Below are positions 56,780 through 63,835 of a stretch of DNA of 63,835 bases, piece after piece. Source of the DNA: a virus (taxonomy: Duplodnaviria; Caudoviricetes). Every line of letters begins with the position of its first letter. Positions within the stretch are counted from its first letter, which is position 1. A model generated the notes under the pieces. The model was not told the origin of the DNA. It made no database searches and saw nothing but the letters and a program-made list of their open reading frames with translations. The stretch lies in IMG/VR virus record IMGVR_UViG_3300042922_000736, positions 1 through 63,835 of that record, one strand, 5' to 3'. The translations under genes and the position numbers were made by a program.

Positions 56780-57637
56780 ATGACCACCCTATCCCAAGTC
56801 ATCACTACCGCGCCCGACGGGCTCCGTCCCTTCCTGCAGTTCGTCGAGCGCCGCGGCAACAACGACAACGACATGCGCGCCTCGACGCCGCTGCTGTTCG
56901 CGACGTATGCCCCGCCTAATGCGCCTGCACTGAGAGTCAGAGTCGTCACCGCGTCCAAGCTCGGACGCATCGGCATCACGGAATGCCTGCACGAGGAAAC
57001 CACGCCGCAGATTTACGTGCCGGCGGCGCAGCTGTCGCAATTCCTCCCGACGCCGTACCCCATGCGCAAGAAGGTGCGCCGGCCTCGCGGAACGCCCACG
57101 CAGCGGATCCACGCCGAAGCGCGAGTCGATGCGGCGCAGAGGACAGCGGCTCTGATGGAGCAGTTTTCTGTGGACTGCGCCGAGGTAGCGCGTCGCATCG
57201 CTAGCGCTTCCGGCATCCCGATAACACATCTATTCGGGGCGTCGCGCGAGAGACTGCTTACCTGCGCCAGACGTTCCGCCTTGGGGGTGATCGCCTCCAG
57301 AAACCACGGCCTGTCGCTGCCAGTCTTGGGGCGCGCCATCGGCTGTCATCACACCACAACGCTGCACAGCCTTCGGGAAATAGGCCTGCACGCCTCCGTA
57401 ACTGGCGAGTTCGACCTGCCGTACCTGCGGGCGCTGTGGCTCAAGGGGCGAATGCCGATCGGCCATGAGCCGGGGCAGATGCCGGATGACGTAGCCGCCC
57501 GGCTTGGGCGGTTCGTCACGATCGACGGCGGCGAGCTCGAGCCGAGCAACTGGACAGAATTCCGGCGCTACCTCGGCCTCGCCATTGCGCGGGCCAGGAT
57601 CGTCGCCGAGCGGGAGAGACTGCAATGCGCAGCCTGA
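56780..57637 (+). CDS. Protein with DnaA C-terminal-like HTH domain
   Basis: SRERLLTCARR...LSLPVLGRAIGCHHTTTLHS resembles DnaA domain IV. Confidence 0.7.
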   Translation: MTTLSQVITTAPDGLRPFLQFVERRGNNDNDMRASTPLLFATYAPPNAPALRVRVVTASKLGRIGITECLHEETTPQIYVPAAQLSQFLPTPYPMRKKVRRPRGTPTQRIHAEARVDAAQRTAALMEQFSVDCAEVARRIASASGIPITHLFGASRERLLTCARRSALGVIASRNHGLSLPVLGRAIGCHHTTTLHSLREIGLHASVTGEFDLPYLRALWLKGRMPIGHEPGQMPDDVAARLGRFVTIDGGELEPSNWTEFRRYLGLAIARARIVAERERLQCAA

Positions 57638-57754
57638 TGTCTGATTTGATGGAATGGCTGTACGCGCTGTGGCGCGCGGCTTGGCAGCGCCAGGCTGGAG
57701 AGTTCTACGGAGAGCTTGAGTACGACCCTGATGCGGGGCGGGAGGGGCTTCGCC

Positions 57755-58483
57755 ATGGCTCGTGAAATTGTGCAGCCCGTCACCGTGCCGAGTGGTGAGG
57801 AATGGCGGAACGAGACCAAGACGACGCATCCGGCCTATGCGCAGGTGCGCGCCTCCCGTGTGTCCGGCAGCACCAATCTGTACGGCAGCGATTTCCGCCA
57901 CAACCACTTCATGACGATATCGATCCGCACCAGCGAGTTGCGGCGGACGCTAAGCCGCGACTGGCACTATGGCCGTGAAGAGCTAATCGAGATCGCCCTG
58001 AGCGAAAGCCAGTGGGCCACGTTTGTCTCGTCCCCCAACATGGGGGATGGCGTTCCCTGCACCTTGCAGCGACTTAACGGGCAGATGGTCCCCGGCCTTC
58101 CCGACCCCGAGAGCCGTGCTGACCAGTTCTCAGCAGAGATCAAATCCAAGCTCGACAAGACCGTAGCTCGAGTAAAGGAAACTCTCTCGCGCATCGACGA
58201 TATGGGCATGCCCAAGGGGAAGACGCGCGAGCTGAAGGAGGGCCTTGAACACCTGCTAACCGAACTTCGGTCGAACCTGCCGTTCGTCGCCAAGCAGTTC
58301 GAAGAGCATGTTGAGGACACTGTCGAGGCAGCCAAGCAGGAAGTGCACGGCTACATGACTGCCGTCTTGCAGCGTGCCGGCGTCGAAGCGCTTGCGGCGA
58401 ACATGCCACTCCAGATCGAGCACAAAGACTCCCCCGCCGGCCGTGAAGCCCTATCAGCAGCGGAGGGACGGGCCGATGCCTGA
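57755..58483 (+). CDS. Hypothetical phage protein
   Basis: HPAY, LYGSD, LSESQWATFVSS..GVPCTL. Confidence 0.65.
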   Translation: MAREIVQPVTVPSGEEWRNETKTTHPAYAQVRASRVSGSTNLYGSDFRHNHFMTISIRTSELRRTLSRDWHYGREELIEIALSESQWATFVSSPNMGDGVPCTLQRLNGQMVPGLPDPESRADQFSAEIKSKLDKTVARVKETLSRIDDMGMPKGKTRELKEGLEHLLTELRSNLPFVAKQFEEHVEDTVEAAKQEVHGYMTAVLQRAGVEALAANMPLQIEHKDSPAGREALSAAEGRADA

Positions 58484-59183
58484 CATCTCCGCCATGAAAG
58501 AAATGCTGGCGCGCGTCGAGAGCGCAACGGGGCCGGATCGGGAATTGGATGCACGACTTTCCGTTCTCTTCGGCGTCATCGTCATGAAGGACCGTGGGAA
58601 GGAAGGAATTTCCTTCTTCGAGGCTCCGATTGAACCGGGCCAGTGGGCTTTTCTTAGTGGCTGCAAGACCGGCGAGGCTGATGCCTACCGTGAGCTTGGA
58701 ACGTGCCTCGGCGTGCCCGGATACACGCGCAGCCTCGACGCCTGCGTCGCGCTGATCGAGAAGGTGCTGCCGGGGTGGAACGGTATGGTCGACTTCGGTG
58801 GTGGTTCCACATGCACCGCCGACCTAATCGGCCCTGTCGTGGAAGTCGGATCTGACGAGGAAGGGTATCCGTTCGATATCCGCGATGAGGCTCATGGCGA
58901 AGGCAAGACCCCGCCGCTCGCCCTTCTCGCAGCCACGCTCCGCGCCCTCCTCCAGATCGAAGAGCGCAAGGCGGGGGGGAGAGGGGCAATGAGCTATTCC
59001 TTCTTTAGCCGCTCCCTGCGCTTTATCTCGCGCTCGATAGCCTCGCGGATCATGTCCAAGCGCGGTTCACCATCCGCCAGCACGGCGTCGATGCGGGCCG
59101 TTGTGCCCTCCGCGAGCGGCAACCGAAGCTGCTCCGTCCATTCCTTTTTGCGCCCCATGCGGCGAGACGTAGCGTGTACATGA
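58476..59183 (+). CDS. Phage early protein (ATGPDRELD/YTRSLDA type)
   Basis: Common phage motif pair; 3' part overlaps the RHH gene antisense. Confidence 0.6.
   Translation: MPDISAMKEMLARVESATGPDRELDARLSVLFGVIVMKDRGKEGISFFEAPIEPGQWAFLSGCKTGEADAYRELGTCLGVPGYTRSLDACVALIEKVLPGWNGMVDFGGGSTCTADLIGPVVEVGSDEEGYPFDIRDEAHGEGKTPPLALLAATLRALLQIEERKAGGRGAMSYSFFSRSLRFISRSIASRIMSKRGSPSASTASMRAVVPSASGNRSCSVHSFLRPMRRDVACT
58994..59158 (-). CDS. Ribbon-helix-helix regulator
   Basis: LRLPL beta strand followed by RIDAVL...RLDMIREAIERE. Confidence 0.7.
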   Translation of the reverse strand: MGRKKEWTEQLRLPLAEGTTARIDAVLADGEPRLDMIREAIEREIKRRERLKKE

Positions 59184-59267
59184 ATTTCTGTCAAAACGGC
59201 ACCTTTTCGTGTACATGATATTGACACCGTATCAGGTACACGATAAAACTTCAATCAGGTACACGAT
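59173..59267. promoter_or_regulatory. Divergent promoter region with four GTACAYGA repeats
   Basis: CGTGTACATGA x2, ATCAGGTACACGAT x2, TTGACA at 59221. Confidence 0.6.
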
Positions 59268-59886
59268 TGGAGACGCAGAAATGAGCACGCACCAAATCAC
59301 CTGCACGATCGCCGGCAAGAGCTTCAGCGTCAAGGAGAGCAACGGAAAGTTCTTCTACTGGTCGCCGAAAGCTCTCCGTTGGCTCCCTATCCGAAAAGAG
59401 AAGGTGGTGGCGTGATGTACGTACTCGACACAGATCCCAACAAGCTCGGGAATGGTGACATTTGCATCAGAACCGACAAAGGCACGCTTGTGGCGCTCAT
59501 TTACTCAAGGTTCCCTCCGCACGAAAACACTCGCGTGGCCCAAATTATGGTTGATGCCCTCAACTCTACTTTCTTCCCCAGTCACACAGATCTGATGGTT
59601 TCACCGGAATCGATTGGCAAGTGGCTTGAGGAAAACCCGCTGCCCGAAGACAGGAGCCATGAGCAGCCTTGATCGCATCCACCCCCGCCTCGCGCTTGCG
59701 CAGAAGGATTCCCAGGGGTGACCAAGCTTTGCGAGTTCTGCGGCGCCTATTCCCCGCGCCAGTGCGAGTTGCGGAACGAAACGGACGGTGTCTGCCCGTG
59801 GGAAGAAATCCTCGAGGACGAGCCCGACCCCGATCTTTTGCGTGAGCAGCGCGACGACATGCGCCGGCTTTTCGGAGATGACCGCT

Positions 59887-60972
59887 ATGACGACTGAAGA
59901 CACCCAGGAGGGGGGCCCATGCCCCGATCCGGCCGCCTATGACACTGGTAACTGCTGCTGCGGCAAGTGTTTCCCAGCCATGACCCAGACTGACGCGCAT
60001 GTCGATCCGGTGCGGGTGGCGCGCCGTTGGTACGCGGATAAGTTCGTCTGCAATGAAGAGGTGGTGATGTCCGGCAAGGAGGATCGCACCCCCTACCTTG
60101 CGGGAGCGATCGCAGGCGCCCGCGCCATGCAGGCCGCCACAGCCGGCGGGGCGGTGAAGGTCAAGGACTGGCTCCAAGTCGCTAGGTTGGCGGGCGAACA
60201 CGGTATCCGGTATCGGACCAACAGGGCGCTTGAGCGCTTCCTGTCCGATACCCTCTCCGCCCTCGAACCCGCCACCGCCACCGAGCAGGAGGGGGCGGCG
60301 TCTCCCGGCAAGTGGGATCACCGCTACCGGCCGCTGGCGACCGGTGAGATCATCGAAGCTGGCGACGAATGCCTTACCGACAGTCACCTAGGATGGCACC
60401 CCGCCAAGCACTGCATTGGCGAGCCGGCGCCTGATCCCGCGTACACCTCGCACCGCATGTATCGCCGGCTGAAGCAGCCCACCCCCGCGCCAGAGCCGGG
60501 GAGCGTCGAGGGGCCGGTGGCTCCCGACCTAGACAAGTTTTATGATCGTGAGGCCATCAGGGGGAAGCTCAACAAGCTGGCCAGTGATATTGCCCACAGC
60601 GCCTTGAAAATATCCTGGTGGAACACAGAGACAGCAGCTCGGCGCGTGGCAGAAGAAGCCGCTGAGTGGATATTTCACCTTTTCAAGGAGAACAAGGATC
60701 AATCCCTCGCCCTCACCACCCTACAGCAGCAGCTCGCCGCCAAGGATGCCGAGGCGTCTTTTTGGGAGCGTGCGTATAGCCGCCGGACGGGTCAAGCCAT
60801 CGAAGCCCGCGCCCGCGCCACCGCAGCCGAGGCCGAGTGCGCGAAGCTGAGGGAGGCGCTAGGCCTTGCTCGCCCGCATGTGGCCAATGCCGCAGCTCGT
60901 AACCAGTTTGCACGCGGCAGGCTTGAGCGCATTGACGCCCTCGCGGCCAAGAGCGCGGGAGGCGGGGAATGA
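59887..60972 (+). CDS. Mosaic hypothetical phage protein
   Basis: Long ORF in early operon orientation with coiled-coil C-terminus. Confidence 0.55.
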   Translation: MTTEDTQEGGPCPDPAAYDTGNCCCGKCFPAMTQTDAHVDPVRVARRWYADKFVCNEEVVMSGKEDRTPYLAGAIAGARAMQAATAGGAVKVKDWLQVARLAGEHGIRYRTNRALERFLSDTLSALEPATATEQEGAASPGKWDHRYRPLATGEIIEAGDECLTDSHLGWHPAKHCIGEPAPDPAYTSHRMYRRLKQPTPAPEPGSVEGPVAPDLDKFYDREAIRGKLNKLASDIAHSALKISWWNTETAARRVAEEAAEWIFHLFKENKDQSLALTTLQQQLAAKDAEASFWERAYSRRTGQAIEARARATAAEAECAKLREALGLARPHVANAAARNQFARGRLERIDALAAKSAGGGE

Positions 60973-62219
60973 CCTATGACAGCGAACGTTTCGCTAAGTG
61001 GTCAAATGCGGATATCGCCGCCCAATGCCGGGCACAGGCCCGCGATCAGCTTGACCCTGAATACTCTCTGTTCATGACCGAGGTGGCCAAACGGCTCGCC
61101 GCCTCCCCGCAGCCTCCCGCTCCTGGCGCGGAGGTGGTGGCGTGGATATCCACGTCTGCTAAGGGCGGCCAAATGATCAGAACCGCCAGCCTAAAGTGGA
61201 TGCTTATTGAAGAGTCAGAGAGCCTGTACTGCGATTGCGGATACACAATCTCTCCTCTCTACGCCACCCCACCCACCGCAGAGGAGATCGCGCGGCGGGC
61301 GAGGGAGGAGGCGCTGGAGGAAGCGGCGCGGGCCGTCGACGCCATTTGGAAGCGAGGAGAGCATTGCGGCTCCCTTGCGGCTGTTTCCAACACCATCCGC
61401 GCCCTCGCCAAGCCGCCGGGAGAGACGGGGGCGGCCCAGCTATGAGCAGGTTCCCTGACATCCACGATGTTCGTCGGTTCGGCTGGACGCCCGGACAGTA
61501 TTACATCCGGTGCTGCACATGCTCAGGGCAAGCGACAGCCGACAAGCGCGCTACGAGCTGCCAGACGTGCGCCGAGCGCGAGATGGCCGCCTACAACCTC
61601 CTGTCGCAGGAGGAGCGGCTGGCTCGGTACGAACGCAACCTCGCGATCTTCGAGAGGGTCATGCAGGGGCAGGCCGTAACTGGCCGCGCCGCGCTATCCG
61701 CGCTTGAGGAGGGGAAGTGAATGACACGGTTCCTTGACCGTTGGCTAGACGCGCCGATGCCCTACCAGACGTGGGACGCATTCCCGCCAGAGGCCATCGT
61801 GCAGGTAAAGAACCGCATGGGCGATAGCCGCATCGGCCCGGCCTCGTCGTTCTGGTGGGGATACGAGCGTAGCAACCCGGAAGGCGTCATCGTCTACGCG
61901 CGCCGCATCGACACGCCGAAAGACGCCCGCCCATGACCCACCTCACCCCACAGCAGCGCGAGGGAGTGGCGCGGGCGCTTTATCACGCCACGCCGCGGAA
62001 CAAGCCATTCGACAAGCTGCCGCTCAACGAAATCGACGATTGGCTGGACAGGGCCGACGCAGCGCTGCCGGTGATCTGGAGGGCGCAGTGGCTAGAGGCG
62101 GAACAGATCGCGCGTGGGATTGCTGCCGCATACGCACGAGCCGATAGAGAGCCTACACGTCAAGGATGCGCTCTCGAAACCGCCAAGGCCATCCGCGCCC
62201 TGGCAGAGGAGACGCGGTG

Positions 62220-62576
62220 ATGCGGCACGACAATGATAACATCGGGCCCGATACGCCGCTGCGACTGGAGGCTGCCGCGGCAATGGCGTTCCCCGGAGGC
62301 GGCATGACCGCCAAGGGCCTGAGACGAGAGCACCAGCGCGGCCGACTCGTGATAGAGCGGGTGGCCGGCAAGGACTACACCACGCTTCGCGCGATAGAGG
62401 AGATGCGAGAGCTATGCCGCGTCCAGCCAAGGGCACCCGAATCTGGCTTCGTCCCGCGCGGTACGACAAGGCCGGCAATGTCACCCACCACGCAACCTGG
62501 GTCATCCTCGACGCTGGTAAGCAGCATCCCACGGGATGCGTTGCTGGAGAAATTGAGGAAGCGCAAAGCGTCCTAG
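62220..62576 (+). CDS. Excisionase-like protein
   Basis: PLRLEAAA...[21 protein letters not shown], directly before the integrase. Confidence 0.7.
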   Translation: MRHDNDNIGPDTPLRLEAAAAMAFPGGGMTAKGLRREHQRGRLVIERVAGKDYTTLRAIEEMRELCRVQPRAPESGFVPRGTTRPAMSPTTQPGSSSTLVSSIPRDALLEKLRKRKAS

Positions 62577-63649
62577 CCAACTACATTCTTGAGCGTCACA
62601 AGCCGAAGCGCAAAGAGCAGGATATTGAGTCTATCGATGTAGCTGACGTGCTCACCATCTACGACTCCGACTGCCGCGAGCGGCAGGCAAACAAGCGCAC
62701 ATTTGATGCCATGATGGAACGCCTCACCTTGTGGTGGGGCGGGAAGATGCTGTCCGACGTCACAGGCGAAACCTGCCGAGCCTATGTCGAATCGCGAAAG
62801 GCAGCCTATCGCGAGCGACATGCCAAGCGATCGTCAGAAAAGGCACCAAAGAAGACCGGCGGTGAGGGCGGCGCACGCCGCGACCTCGAGACGCTGCGCG
62901 CGGCTATTGAGCATCACGCCAAGGAGGGCCTGCACCGCGGCATCGTTCGTGTGGCTCTCCCGCGCTCCGGCGGCCCGAAGGATCGGTGGCTGACCCGCTC
63001 AGAAGCGGCCAGGCTGCTTTGGACGTGCTGGCGTGCACGCGAGATGCAGAAGCGGCATCGTGGCCCGGACAAAGGCAGGGTCGTCGCCACCAAGAAGCGC
63101 CCCCTGCGCCACCTCGCGCGGTTCATCCTCATCGGGCTCTACACCGGCACACGCGCCGCGGCTATCTCTGCCGCCTCGCCGCACCGCGGTGAGGGGCGGT
63201 CCTACGTGGATCTGGAGCGGGGCATCTTCTACCGGCTCGCGGAAGGTAAACGCGCCAGCAACAAGCGCCAGCCGCCCGTGCCGCTGCCGGACCACCTTCT
63301 GGCTCACATGCGGCGCTGGGCCGAGCTCGGCATCGCCAAGGAGCACTTCGTCGAGTACGACGGCAAGCCGGTGAAGTCGGTGAAGGTCGCATTTGCCTCT
63401 GCCGTCGAGAAGGCGGGCTTGGAGGGGAACGTGACACCGCACACGCTGCGTCACACCGCAGCGACGTGGCTGATGCAGAACGGCGCTGACATCTGGTCAG
63501 CCGCTGGCTTTCTCGGAATGTCGCCGGAACTGGTGGAGAAGACCTACGGACATCACCACCCGGACTACCTGCGAGCCGTGTCGAAAAAGTTCCGCAAAAG
63601 TTCTACCGCCAACGTTTCGCCAATGAAACCGGCGCAAAAGGCGGGATAG
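62414..63649 (+). CDS. int: Tyrosine integrase
   Basis: YTGTR (R), HTLRH (HxxR), LG..TYGHH (Y); next to the att repeat. Confidence 0.95.
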   Translation: MPRPAKGTRIWLRPARYDKAGNVTHHATWVILDAGKQHPTGCVAGEIEEAQSVLANYILERHKPKRKEQDIESIDVADVLTIYDSDCRERQANKRTFDAMMERLTLWWGGKMLSDVTGETCRAYVESRKAAYRERHAKRSSEKAPKKTGGEGGARRDLETLRAAIEHHAKEGLHRGIVRVALPRSGGPKDRWLTRSEAARLLWTCWRAREMQKRHRGPDKGRVVATKKRPLRHLARFILIGLYTGTRAAAISAASPHRGEGRSYVDLERGIFYRLAEGKRASNKRQPPVPLPDHLLAHMRRWAELGIAKEHFVEYDGKPVKSVKVAFASAVEKAGLEGNVTPHTLRHTAATWLMQNGADIWSAAGFLGMSPELVEKTYGHHHPDYLRAVSKKFRKSSTANVSPMKPAQKAG

Positions 63650-63708
63650 AACGAGAACAAACGGAACCGAGAGTCGTTGGAAATGCTTGGTTTCATAGGG
63701 GCACGCCA

Positions 63709-63756
63709 CCGCTCATAACGGTCTGGTTGCAGGTTCGAGTCCTGCCGGGCCCACCA
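63709..63756 (+). repeat. att core, right copy (3' part of the tRNA)
   Basis: Identical to 80-127. Confidence 0.95.
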
Positions 63757-63835
63757 GTTTTCTCAAACCGCTGTTCGCGACACGCCTTAACGCATTGGCG
63801 GCCGCCCCACTGTGGGTGTACAAACTCACAGTCGA

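Larger units (their letters stand above)
80..63756. mobile_element. Apparently complete temperate prophage (HK97-type head, non-contractile tail)
   Basis: Bounded by 48-bp tRNA-derived direct repeats; contains integrase, repressors, replication, terminase, portal, capsid, tail and lysis genes. Confidence 0.96.

Noticed and set aside
63645-63670. LexA box after the integrase
   Set aside because: The GAAC copies are not spaced by 7 nt
63709-63756. Second tRNA gene
   Set aside because: Only the 3' 48 nt are present; the 5' acceptor strand and D arm are missing

Overview
The window is almost entirely one apparently intact temperate siphovirus-type prophage (about 63.6 kb). The host is most likely a high-GC alphaproteobacterium (inferred from alpha-type LexA boxes, alpha-type ssrA-like peptides and DUF982). 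It is integrated into a tRNA(CAT) gene (52-127), with a 48-bp att core at 80-127 and 63709-63756 and a tyrosine integrase at the right end. The minus strand carries replication and recombination genes (Sak4-like ATPase, DUF669, beta clamp, Cas4-like exonuclease, sigma factor, helicase, two DNA methylases, primase-polymerase), HK97-type packaging and head genes, a non-contractile tail, lysis genes and accessory genes. The plus strand carries two XRE regulators, early genes and xis/int. The main hidden feature is at 54.1-56.8 kb: 16 stem-loop units, each reading CC(A/G/T)-N9-YG-N4-CC(A/G/T)-N9-(Y)G inside a unit-specific hairpin. They are arranged in blocks around an uncharacterised gene and an IS110/Nop-like gene that has no nuclease domain, which fits a TIGR-Tas (TasA-type) RNA-guided system with a possible new partner protein. 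Other notable signals are ssrA-like (A)NDN...AA tails on many phage proteins, a densely structured ~460-nt non-coding region before a tRNA-Gly, a LexA-boxed gene between the repressors, a sulfotransferase moron, and a Tat-signal protein sharing a motif with the tail tip. All calls come from reading motifs by eye; no database searches were run.
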